Virus record (IMG/VR): IMGVR_UViG_3300030708_003285
Coordinates: 1 to 39,737 of that record
Reading direction: 5' to 3' (one strand)
DNA: 39,737 nucleotides
Source: a virus
Taxonomy: Duplodnaviria > Caudoviricetes
The notes below the pieces were generated by a model. That model saw nothing but the letters and a program-made list of their open reading frames with translations. It ran no database searches and was not told where the DNA came from. The stretch's first letter is position 1. The number at the start of each line of letters is the position of its first letter. A program made the translations under genes and the position numbers. Shown piece by piece: positions 15,450-24,332 of the stretch.

Positions 15450-16750
15450 CCGAGGCAGGGAATAGGCTAGGGGATTGGAAAGGCCCCCGGACAGCCGAGT
15501 TCACAGGTGGATACAAGCCAAGGGAGATGAGCAACTATCCAGATCTCCAGACCAATCCAAATGATGACAACGATGGTTTGTCCCACCATGGCAGGACCAC
15601 AAGGGAGGACCAAGACAGCAGGGACCAGTCCAACAAGGACAAGAGGCGCGAGAAGGCCCTAAAGGAACTCATACCCGGTCTTAGGCATATCAGCATAAGG
15701 ACAGCAGTCCCAAATGATAATCTCGCCAACAATCCCATGCTTGAGCAGGAGAACAAGATGCTTGAGTCCGGCCTCGGAGTTGACATAGGCGCAAATGGCC
15801 TGTCCATATCAGCAGGTAGAAACGTGGGGTCCGTCAGAAGCGATACCCCATTCATAACATATGGACACCCCTCTCGCGGTATGATACGAGCCAGCAACGA
15901 GATTGTCACATCCGACTTGCTGAAGGCGAGAAGGAAATACAAGGGAAGGAAGTACGAGGAAGACGAGGAGAGCGATGAAGATGAACGGAAATCCAAGGCA
16001 AAACGACGACGACAGAAGAAGAGAAGAGGAAGAAAGAAGGGCTTCGCGGCGAAGGGCGGCAGACAACCGAAATCAGCCACGAAGAGGAGGGCGTCGGCAG
16101 TCGCCCGTCAACTTGACCGCGCTTCACCAAGACAATCATTCGCACCCAATATACGCTCCCTTCCCCTTAGGACAATAGGCAGCACGAACCCCGGAAAGAT
16201 ACCTCTGAGGATTAGGGATCCAGTCGCATATCAGAGGAAACTGGCTAACGAGAAGATGCGAAGGCTGCAAGGAGCCTTGCCGAGAGCCATCACCAGACAC
16301 AGGTCATCTGCCGACACTGGTATCACTGAGAGCGGCACAAGGGGATTGACGATTGGAGACAGGCCATCGACTCAGAGGATGGGCACAAGTATGCCCACGC
16401 CGCCTCGCATGGGAACCAGCATGAGGGCTGGTGCTAGTCAGGATGCCTTGATGTCCATGCTGGCACAGGGGTCTGAATTCATGAAGTCGAGTGACTCCAT
16501 ATCCAAGAAGAAGGGTCTGACCCGACTGGAGTTGCTCTCCCTCAAGGCTAAGGTCGAGAGGATGCTCAAGAGGCTTGAGAAACTCACCAAGGCTACTCCT
16601 GAGTTGGATCACAATGCGAAGATAGGCAATCAAGCAAGCCCAGATAGGGCCTCTGCACCAACGGGTGGGACCGAAGTAAATGACGAAGAACAAGCCGCAT
16701 TCCGGTTTGACGACACATCTCTTGCCCTCGGATTAGTCGGCAAGAGGTGA
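15446..16750 (+). CDS. Highly basic, largely disordered protein; candidate internal virion/DNA-binding protein
   Basis: R/K-rich core bracketed by LLKA and FMKS; RMGTSM duplicated. Confidence 0.6.
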   Translation: MTEAGNRLGDWKGPRTAEFTGGYKPREMSNYPDLQTNPNDDNDGLSHHGRTTREDQDSRDQSNKDKRREKALKELIPGLRHISIRTAVPNDNLANNPMLEQENKMLESGLGVDIGANGLSISAGRNVGSVRSDTPFITYGHPSRGMIRASNEIVTSDLLKARRKYKGRKYEEDEESDEDERKSKAKRRRQKKRRGRKKGFAAKGGRQPKSATKRRASAVARQLDRASPRQSFAPNIRSLPLRTIGSTNPGKIPLRIRDPVAYQRKLANEKMRRLQGALPRAITRHRSSADTGITESGTRGLTIGDRPSTQRMGTSMPTPPRMGTSMRAGASQDALMSMLAQGSEFMKSSDSISKKKGLTRLELLSLKAKVERMLKRLEKLTKATPELDHNAKIGNQASPDRASAPTGGTEVNDEEQAAFRFDDTSLALGLVGKR

Positions 16751-16756
16751 ATTGGC

Positions 16757-18676
16757 ATGGTGATGTGGGAAGACCCTCTGGACAAGTTCCGCATATCCAA
16801 GTCATACGCAGTTGTCGATATAGACGAGTTCATTCAAGCCATGCGCGGGGCGGAGAACCTGTCTGAGTCAGGCATAGAGATGATGTTGCAGGATCTCCAC
16901 CATGATGTGGCTCAAACAGGAAGATACTCTCCATATGAGGAAGAGGCAGTTCATTTTGCCATATTCTCTGGTGCAGTTGGGAAAGACGTAGCCGAGACTA
17001 TCATGAGAGGCCCCGGAACGTTTGGGTATAACCAAGCCTTCAACAAAGCATTTGAGGCAGGATTCCCTCTTGTCAACAGGGCCGCAGAAGAACAGAATGC
17101 CATGAATAGAGGACAACATAACCCAGCGCCACTTCCATTCACGCCTGCTGGTCAGTTGAATCCTGCATACGCTGGAGATGTGAGGTCAACTGTTGCCGAA
17201 CAAACAGGAGGAAAGAATCGCAGAAATAGGAAATCAACGGACTTCAATCCGTTCGACAAAAACAATCGTCTGGTCAACCACATTGTCAGTAGCAGACATG
17301 CTGATCCGTATAACCCAGAGAGCAGGGGCGCTCCCGTCGAGGGCTTTTCAAGATGGTATGAGCCTGCTGCGAAGAAATTAGGATATCTCCCTACTGACTA
17401 CAACAGCAAAACGGGAAAGGCAGTGGACAGATTTGAATTCTTAGTTCCTGCTCACTTCGTTCATAAAAACACAATCACGTTGAATGATAGACGGCAAAGG
17501 AATCATATCATCAATAGAGCAAAGCAATTCATCGACCAAGGACTCAGTGATAATCAAGTCAGAGCGGCACTTCTTGATGACCCCATGGCATTTCGTCACA
17601 CCTCGATCATGCACCATAATCCAGATAGCATACATGACATGGTGAGAACCAAGGAACAGAGGATGACTGAGTTCCGAGATGGACTCATAGACGACGAACT
17701 CGATCCAAGGTCGGTATCGACACCCGGAGATCCAGTGCCGCATGAGAGCATATTGCATCCAAATATGCAGGATATCAGCAGATACTCTAATGCCAATAGC
17801 GTTAGGATGGCAGTCACGACAAACTCAAAGAGGATGCTCAAGGACCTGATGGATCATCATGGCATGAGTGAGGATGATGCAAAGGAACTCATGAGCGCCG
17901 TCGCAATGGGCAGTAAAGGTGGCCTTGGAGACGGTAATGCGAGAAAGAGACTTCTTCGTGGTTTATACAGGCATCATACCAAGGACGGCAATATACCTGA
18001 ATTTTACACAGGCCAGCCAATGACGTTTGGAGAGAAGCCGATATCAGGAACACCAGAAGCGCCCAAGGAAGATACTCAGCCGATTCCTGAAATGCCGCCT
18101 CCTGTCCCTTCTGGACCGAGGACGCCTCCCGCTGCACCTCCTCTTGAGGGCAACCCGATCATTCCTGCTCCAGCCACAACTGGCGATTCGCTTCCGCCAC
18201 CGATAACAGGCCAACCCGGTATAACTGAAGGAAATCAAGATATACCATCGACGCCCAGACCTGACTTGTCGGGTATAACCCGCGAAGGTTTGGCGAGAGT
18301 TTTGGCAAGAGTAGCATCGACTCCCGCATCCACTCAAATGAGGGAGGGTGCAAGGGATATCGGAGCAGGTGCGAGGACGTTCACAGAGGGTATCAGGGGC
18401 TTGGGCAGGACGATGCTTGGCAAGTCCGAGGTCGAGATGTATCTTGAGACGGTTCAATACGAACTCGCCAAGACCGTCATAGAGGATTACACTGACATCG
18501 GGAAGATGGACATAGGCGATCCCGTCCACATCGCATTGGTAGGTAGCCACATACAGAGATCGACAAGCGATGTCATATCGATATACCATACCAAGGGAGA
18601 CTGGAGAAACATAGCCAAGTCATTCGGATTGAATCATGAGCAGGTACAGATGGTGAAGGTGGCCTTCCATGAGTGA
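16757..18676 (+). CDS. Large hypothetical protein with Pro-rich linker; candidate internal virion protein
   Basis: GGTGA SD; ISKS near the N-terminus; LGKS, LAKT and IAKS near the C-terminus. Confidence 0.65.
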   Translation: MVMWEDPLDKFRISKSYAVVDIDEFIQAMRGAENLSESGIEMMLQDLHHDVAQTGRYSPYEEEAVHFAIFSGAVGKDVAETIMRGPGTFGYNQAFNKAFEAGFPLVNRAAEEQNAMNRGQHNPAPLPFTPAGQLNPAYAGDVRSTVAEQTGGKNRRNRKSTDFNPFDKNNRLVNHIVSSRHADPYNPESRGAPVEGFSRWYEPAAKKLGYLPTDYNSKTGKAVDRFEFLVPAHFVHKNTITLNDRRQRNHIINRAKQFIDQGLSDNQVRAALLDDPMAFRHTSIMHHNPDSIHDMVRTKEQRMTEFRDGLIDDELDPRSVSTPGDPVPHESILHPNMQDISRYSNANSVRMAVTTNSKRMLKDLMDHHGMSEDDAKELMSAVAMGSKGGLGDGNARKRLLRGLYRHHTKDGNIPEFYTGQPMTFGEKPISGTPEAPKEDTQPIPEMPPPVPSGPRTPPAAPPLEGNPIIPAPATTGDSLPPPITGQPGITEGNQDIPSTPRPDLSGITREGLARVLARVASTPASTQMREGARDIGAGARTFTEGIRGLGRTMLGKSEVEMYLETVQYELAKTVIEDYTDIGKMDIGDPVHIALVGSHIQRSTSDVISIYHTKGDWRNIAKSFGLNHEQVQMVKVAFHE

Positions 18677-20126
18677 GATATACCTGACTCCATTCAGCCC
18701 ATCCTTGGGATCGGCGTTGGCGAAGGCGCTCACACAGGCACAGTATAGAGAGATTGACAGGGGCATGAAACCATCTATGACTCAACAAGAGGCAGTGGAC
18801 CGCGCATCAGACACGAATCCTCTAAGATCCCGTTCAACAGGGAATCAGGCTGTTCCGACCAACATGTATGAGAGGATAGACGCCATGAATCCACGGAGCA
18901 ACATGCCAACCGGGCAGAGGGAGTTTGAACTTGGCAACAGCGTGAGAGGCAGTCTCAGCCCACAGAACAGATTGATACAGGAGCGAAACAGATCTCCTAT
19001 ATCCAGCATATCGAGAGATGTCGGTTCAGCCGCAAGGAGGGGCATGGATAGAGCGGCTTCATCCTTAGCCCCAATGGCGGATGCTGCTAGACAGAGATTC
19101 TCAGATGCAGGGCAGTCCATGAGACAAGGGGCACAGGCCGCTGGTCAGGCCATGAGTAGGGCTGGAGCAGCCATGGGGGCAACTGCATCGAACGTAGCAT
19201 CACAGATACCCGGCATGGCAGATGCTGCTCGACAGAAATTCAACCAAACTGGTCAGGCCATCGGCCAAGGTGCAAGACAATTGGGTCAGACCATTGGCCA
19301 AGGTGCGACTCAAGCGAGAGATGCCATGAATCGAGGTGCTACGAATGTGGCATCCAAGATACCCGGAATGGCGAGAGCAGCAGGAAGGATGGTCGGAACA
19401 GCAGGAAGGAAGTTCGGTGAAGCCGCACAAACGGCAAGAGAAAGAATGACATCCCCTGAGGCGAAGGAGTTCGCCGCCACGACCAGAGAGGGTGTTGGCC
19501 AAGTGGCGAGAGGTGTTGGCAATGTTGCAATGGGAGCAGGCAGAACTGCTGGAAAGGTGGCTGGAGCAGCCGCTGGCGCGGGTATGGAGTATGGCGCTAA
19601 AGGTGCTAGGGCACTTGGCAGGGGTGCTATGAACGTCGCATCGAGGCTACCCGGAATGGCGGCGGCGGCAGGACAGCGCCTCATGGGCCTCAACAATCCG
19701 ATGCAGAACGTCTCTGTTAATCCCTCATTCCCTACTGGTGGAGGTGGAGGGGGCCCCGCTCCGTCACAAGGAGGCAACCCACCGGAAGGAGGCAACCCAC
19801 AACAAGGCCAAGGTCAGCAAGGTCAAAACCCAATGCAACAGATATACGCAGACTTGTATCAACAGAACCTAGATAGGTCCCAGACGAGAGGCGGCATAGG
19901 AACAGGAGTCATGTCCAACTTGCTGACTGGCGGACTCTCAGGTCTTGCCCGTGGTGCGTATAATTTGAGACAGCGGAACATAGGCAGGCAGAACCTGCAA
20001 AACCTCAATCAATATGGCTTGGGCGCAACCCCGTTCTTGAGATCAGAGTATGAGACTATGAGTGACAGATCCATTATCCGAAGCAGAATGACGACGGAGG
20101 CGATTCGCAATGCCTACGTCTTCTGA
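18669..20126 (+). CDS. Ala/Gly/Met/Gln-rich repetitive amphipathic protein; candidate ejection protein
   Basis: Three A-x-NVAS-x-(I/L)PGMA repeats, (I)GQGA repeats, GGNP twice; LAKA near the N-terminus and FLRS near the C-terminus. Confidence 0.6.
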   Translation: MSEIYLTPFSPSLGSALAKALTQAQYREIDRGMKPSMTQQEAVDRASDTNPLRSRSTGNQAVPTNMYERIDAMNPRSNMPTGQREFELGNSVRGSLSPQNRLIQERNRSPISSISRDVGSAARRGMDRAASSLAPMADAARQRFSDAGQSMRQGAQAAGQAMSRAGAAMGATASNVASQIPGMADAARQKFNQTGQAIGQGARQLGQTIGQGATQARDAMNRGATNVASKIPGMARAAGRMVGTAGRKFGEAAQTARERMTSPEAKEFAATTREGVGQVARGVGNVAMGAGRTAGKVAGAAAGAGMEYGAKGARALGRGAMNVASRLPGMAAAAGQRLMGLNNPMQNVSVNPSFPTGGGGGGPAPSQGGNPPEGGNPQQGQGQQGQNPMQQIYADLYQQNLDRSQTRGGIGTGVMSNLLTGGLSGLARGAYNLRQRNIGRQNLQNLNQYGLGATPFLRSEYETMSDRSIIRSRMTTEAIRNAYVF

Positions 20127-21540
20127 TGCGTTTGACCTAGCATGGTCAGTCGCAAAGTCCGAAGGGAACGACTTCGACATCGAGGAACACTTTCTGCACA
20201 GAAAGGGGATACTGGACTTCATAGAGAACCGTGGAAGAAGCATGAAGGAGCGATATCTTCGGGAACTCGGAATACTGCCCCCTCTTGAACAACCCTTAAC
20301 AGAGCAACCCGTTGTGGCAGTGCCAGATGTCCGAGGAGAAGCCGGAGGAGAAGCAGGAACTCAAACCCCCATGGGTGGGCGTCAAATGGACGAAGGTCCC
20401 AAAGATACACGGCAAGAGCCTGAGCCGAAAGTTAGAGAGGCAAAAGAAGAAACTCCTGAAATTCAACCAGAGGATAAAGTGGAACCTGCCGCACCGAAAG
20501 AAGAAGTAGGTATGCCACAGCCTCCAGAGGGCAAGCCTCCGAAGATCGAGGACATCGCCGTGGAGGCCAAGGATGTCACATCAAAGCCTCCAAGAGGAGA
20601 TGATCTTACTTTGAGAGACAAGATAAGAGCCATCTTAGAAGCAGGTAATTATCAAAAAAGGGGCTTCAATGAAGGGATGATGCAAAGGGCGCTGTCAGGA
20701 TTCGGTGGCAAAGATTCTGAATTGGCAAGTTCTTTTGGTTTGCCTAGAATTGGACAAACGGACCGAATACCTGACGATATACTCAGAGAATATCTCAATA
20801 TAAGCATGGATGAATTCAACCCCGAATATGATCATATCCTCCCTAAAAATCAAGAATATTATGAAAAAACATTTGAAAGATTGGGTTTGGACCCGAAAAG
20901 AGTATCTGACTTTTTGCAAGAACCGAAAGAAGAAGCCACAAAGAAAGTTGCGCCCAAAAAAGAAACCAAGCAAAGAAAACAAAAAGGCACTTCAAAGAAA
21001 GTTGTGAGTGATGTCCCTCCTTCGACTAAAAAGCCCAAGACCAAGAAGAGTGGGAAGAAACCTACGACTCCTCCTGCAAAGAAGAAGGACGATTTCAAAA
21101 TTCCGAAATTCATAAATCAGGACACGAACAGAGACGTATTAGAAAGAATAGCCGATATGGCAGAGGATGGCAATGAAGAAGCATACAAAACCCTGTTGAA
21201 CAATTCTGGCGACCTAGAGGATCATTTTCCTGATATCCATGAGAGATACGAGGAACTCCGATCAGTGCGAAAGTCCTTCATTCTCAAGGACCCATTTGCG
21301 AATCCATTTCACAACCCGAACTTCCTCGATACCATTGACATAAGGAGGGAGATGGCCCAGCCCATGTCCCCGATCATCAAGAGTCAGCCGATAAAAGAGC
21401 AGGTCAAGCCGGATATCGGTTTCGATACTGTCGAAGGAGATGATCTTTCTCTCCTTCCAGCCTCGATATTCATGGGTCAAGACAACTCAGTCGGTATGGA
21501 TGACATGAGTTTGCTGCCGACGGGGTGGCGAAATGAGTGA
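20110..21540 (+). CDS. AFDxAW-leader large protein immediately upstream of terminase
   Basis: MPTSSDAFDLAWSVAKS; Pro/Glu-rich and Lys-rich linkers; VRKS and IIKS near the C-terminus. Confidence 0.7.
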   Translation: MPTSSDAFDLAWSVAKSEGNDFDIEEHFLHRKGILDFIENRGRSMKERYLRELGILPPLEQPLTEQPVVAVPDVRGEAGGEAGTQTPMGGRQMDEGPKDTRQEPEPKVREAKEETPEIQPEDKVEPAAPKEEVGMPQPPEGKPPKIEDIAVEAKDVTSKPPRGDDLTLRDKIRAILEAGNYQKRGFNEGMMQRALSGFGGKDSELASSFGLPRIGQTDRIPDDILREYLNISMDEFNPEYDHILPKNQEYYEKTFERLGLDPKRVSDFLQEPKEEATKKVAPKKETKQRKQKGTSKKVVSDVPPSTKKPKTKKSGKKPTTPPAKKKDDFKIPKFINQDTNRDVLERIADMAEDGNEEAYKTLLNNSGDLEDHFPDIHERYEELRSVRKSFILKDPFANPFHNPNFLDTIDIRREMAQPMSPIIKSQPIKEQVKPDIGFDTVEGDDLSLLPASIFMGQDNSVGMDDMSLLPTGWRNE

Positions 21541-22948
21541 GGCTGTCGCTGAACTTACGAGCAAAGTCGATTTCGACATGGGGAGGCGCGACTTCAAGTT
21601 CTTCTTTGAGGACATATGCGGATTCCAACTGGCGCACTTCCATGACGAGTGGTATGATACTGCCCAGAACAACAAGAAGATATGCGTCATAGCCAGTCGT
21701 GACCATGGCAAGTCCGTGTTCTTCAGGTGCTACCTTCTATGGAGAATGGCATACAACCCCGGCACAGAGGTCCTCTTCTTCAGTCATAGCCAGCATCAAT
21801 CGATAGATCACATGGCAAAGATGGACGAACTCATCATGACGACTCCTGCATTAGCGCATCTCAAACCCAAGAGGGGATGGGCAAAGCAGTTGTTCAAGAT
21901 GACAAACAAGTCATCCATACGAGCCATGTCCGTCGGCAAGGCCGTTCGTGGCGCTCACCCTGATATCGTTGTCCTTGATGACATACTGTCAAGCGAGGCT
22001 CAGACGCAGTTGAAGCACATATCGACATGGTTTTACACAGCCCTTCTCCCTGTTCTTCACCACACTGCTCAACTATGCATTGTAGGAACACCTTTCTCGT
22101 ACACGGATCTGTATTCGGAGTTGAAGAAGTTAGATGGATATGCTGTTAAGGAGTATCCTGCTATCAACGAGGCGACTGGTGAACCGTTGTGGCCTGAGCG
22201 ATGGAACATCGACGCTCTCAACCAGAGGAGGAGCGAGATGACCTCGATAGCATTCACCCGTGAGTATCTATGCAAGCCGATTGCCAGCGAGGCGAGCCTG
22301 TTCCCAGAGGAGATGCTAGAAGGGGCGAAGGACGACTCACTGTCCCTATCATATTACCCAGAGCCAGATGGCGAATACAACTACTACATCGGATGGGATC
22401 CAGCCATCAGTGCCAATAGAAGTGCTGATTACACATGCATGATGGTCATCGCTATGGATGAGAAAAGGAAGAAGCATGTCGTCCATGTGCATCATGAAAA
22501 GGGCATGGACTTCAATTCACAGATAGACAAAATCATCGAATTGAACGCCAGATTTAGCCCCGTGATCATAGAACTTGAGACGAACAACTTCGCCATGGCA
22601 TTCAACCAAGTCCTAAACGAGATAAGCGACTTGCCAATCAAGCCATTTAACATGAACAGAATGAAGAAAGAGGCTCTGATCCACACACTGCAACTTCACT
22701 TTGAGCAGAGGCATCTTCGCATTCCATACAAGGACGAGGGATCGACAAAGAGACACATGAATACCCTTCTCAACGAGTTGTCCATGTTCACCATGTTGGA
22801 CAACGGTAGGATGGAAAGCCTCGGCGGTCATGACGATATGGTCATGGCACTATCACTCGCCGTTCAGGCGACCAAGGAATACAGGGAGAATATAGTCATC
22901 CTCGATGGCAGTTTGTGGCAAAAAAGGCTGGGAATAGAAGATGCGTGA
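21533..22948 (+). CDS. terL: Terminase large subunit
   Basis: Walker A ASRDHGKS, VRG..PDIVVLDD Walker B, VGTP motif III, LWPERW, RNase H-like IGWDPA, ELETN and HDDMV. Confidence 0.95.
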   Translation: MSEAVAELTSKVDFDMGRRDFKFFFEDICGFQLAHFHDEWYDTAQNNKKICVIASRDHGKSVFFRCYLLWRMAYNPGTEVLFFSHSQHQSIDHMAKMDELIMTTPALAHLKPKRGWAKQLFKMTNKSSIRAMSVGKAVRGAHPDIVVLDDILSSEAQTQLKHISTWFYTALLPVLHHTAQLCIVGTPFSYTDLYSELKKLDGYAVKEYPAINEATGEPLWPERWNIDALNQRRSEMTSIAFTREYLCKPIASEASLFPEEMLEGAKDDSLSLSYYPEPDGEYNYYIGWDPAISANRSADYTCMMVIAMDEKRKKHVVHVHHEKGMDFNSQIDKIIELNARFSPVIIELETNNFAMAFNQVLNEISDLPIKPFNMNRMKKEALIHTLQLHFEQRHLRIPYKDEGSTKRHMNTLLNELSMFTMLDNGRMESLGGHDDMVMALSLAVQATKEYRENIVILDGSLWQKRLGIEDA

Positions 22949-24332
22949 CGTTGAGTATATACACCCGTTGACAGGAGTATCATCATTGACAGATGTGCTT
23001 AAGATGGCGGGGACTCAATCTGGAGAGGATTTGAATAAATTCATTGGCCCTTCTAAAACAGGACTCGCAGGAAAGACGGTGATGGAAGGTGTTGGTAAAT
23101 TAGTAGGGGGCTTTATCTCTGGCGATCCGAAAGCGTTTGAAGAATTTGAACAGAGCATCACTGAACCAGATGCTGCGGAAAAGATAGAAGAACAACAAAT
23201 CGGAGGAGATTCGCAACTCAAGGAGAAGAACAGACAGAAAACGATGAAGACCCCTGATGGTCGTGAAGATGCTTCGATAGAAGGCATGGACAACCCTCAA
23301 TCAGATACACCTACACAGCCCGGAACTGAGTTGCCTAACAATCCAGTGCCTATTACCCGATCATGGTTCGTTGATAATTATGGTATGACGGGGAGAGAGG
23401 TTGCTGACCTTTTGATCAAGGCGAATGACCTCCAGACCTTGGATTCCATACAAGAACTTCTGAAGATGGAGAAGATGGCCATACTTGATCACTTCACTGG
23501 TGTGTCCTCACATTTAGTAAATGAACTTCCAATGACGGACTTGGACTACGATGCGCTCAACAAGCACACAGATAGGCTTGAGTTGCCATTCAGGAGATTT
23601 GTGAAGTCATGGACATCATCCGACGAAGAGGGCAAAAAGAATGCCGAGATGCTATGGAGATCAACCGTTGACAAGTCAGAACGACTGTCACAGAGGGAGC
23701 AGAACATCCTCGCTAAGTGCAAGGACATACTCATCGAGAGGGGCGCATTGAATGCCCAGACGTTGAAGTCATATGGTGTGTCAGCCAGTGCAGCGGAGAT
23801 ATCGTCTCTGATCAAGTCACATGGTTTCCTATATGACATACTAGCAGTGGGACAATTCAGCAAGTCAGTTGGCAGGGGACTGTTCTATGATGTCAAGAGA
23901 TACAACATCATGCTCAAGGATGCAGATAGGTTCCTTGCAGGTCTTATCGAGACAGGGGGAGAGATTAAATTAGATTCTCGACTGAATCCTCGTATTGAAA
24001 TGAAGTTCCATGCACCAAATGCGCCATGGTATGCAGATGCTCTCAAGTCCGAGTTGGGCGTCGAGAACGTATTCGCTGAAGGCGTTGGCATAGTGATAGA
24101 AGGTGAATTCGCAGTCAAGAAGGCGCTTGACCTATCTCTTCCATACATGAATAATCATAATGATGCCTCATTGCTATCCAAGGCTCTCGATGGCAATAGA
24201 GATGCCCTGATCGTGTTCGCTCATGAGCGTTCAAATGATCCAAAGCACAAGGCGAGTCTGTTGAAGTCCAACGACATATCACATGAGCGTTATGCCGAGA
24301 TGAAGGAGGAGGTGATGGCTCTTGGCCGATGA
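22941..24332 (+). CDS. Protein with a C-terminal degenerate LAGLIDADG-like domain
   Basis: DRFLAGLIETGGEI followed by PRIEMKF and ADALKSELG, the helix-strand-strand-helix order of LAGLIDADG folds; HTH-like segment before it. Confidence 0.55.
   Translation: MRDVEYIHPLTGVSSLTDVLKMAGTQSGEDLNKFIGPSKTGLAGKTVMEGVGKLVGGFISGDPKAFEEFEQSITEPDAAEKIEEQQIGGDSQLKEKNRQKTMKTPDGREDASIEGMDNPQSDTPTQPGTELPNNPVPITRSWFVDNYGMTGREVADLLIKANDLQTLDSIQELLKMEKMAILDHFTGVSSHLVNELPMTDLDYDALNKHTDRLELPFRRFVKSWTSSDEEGKKNAEMLWRSTVDKSERLSQREQNILAKCKDILIERGALNAQTLKSYGVSASAAEISSLIKSHGFLYDILAVGQFSKSVGRGLFYDVKRYNIMLKDADRFLAGLIETGGEIKLDSRLNPRIEMKFHAPNAPWYADALKSELGVENVFAEGVGIVIEGEFAVKKALDLSLPYMNNHNDASLLSKALDGNRDALIVFAHERSNDPKHKASLLKSNDISHERYAEMKEEVMALGR

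Noticed and set aside
18669-20126. Tape measure protein
   Set aside because: It lies upstream of terminase rather than in the tail module, is short, and lacks the usual aromatic periodicity; kept only as a candidate internal protein.
23900-24332. Intein or group I intron around the LAGLIDADG-like motif
   Set aside because: No C/S...HN-C/S/T splice junctions, and terL and portal are intact and uninterrupted.
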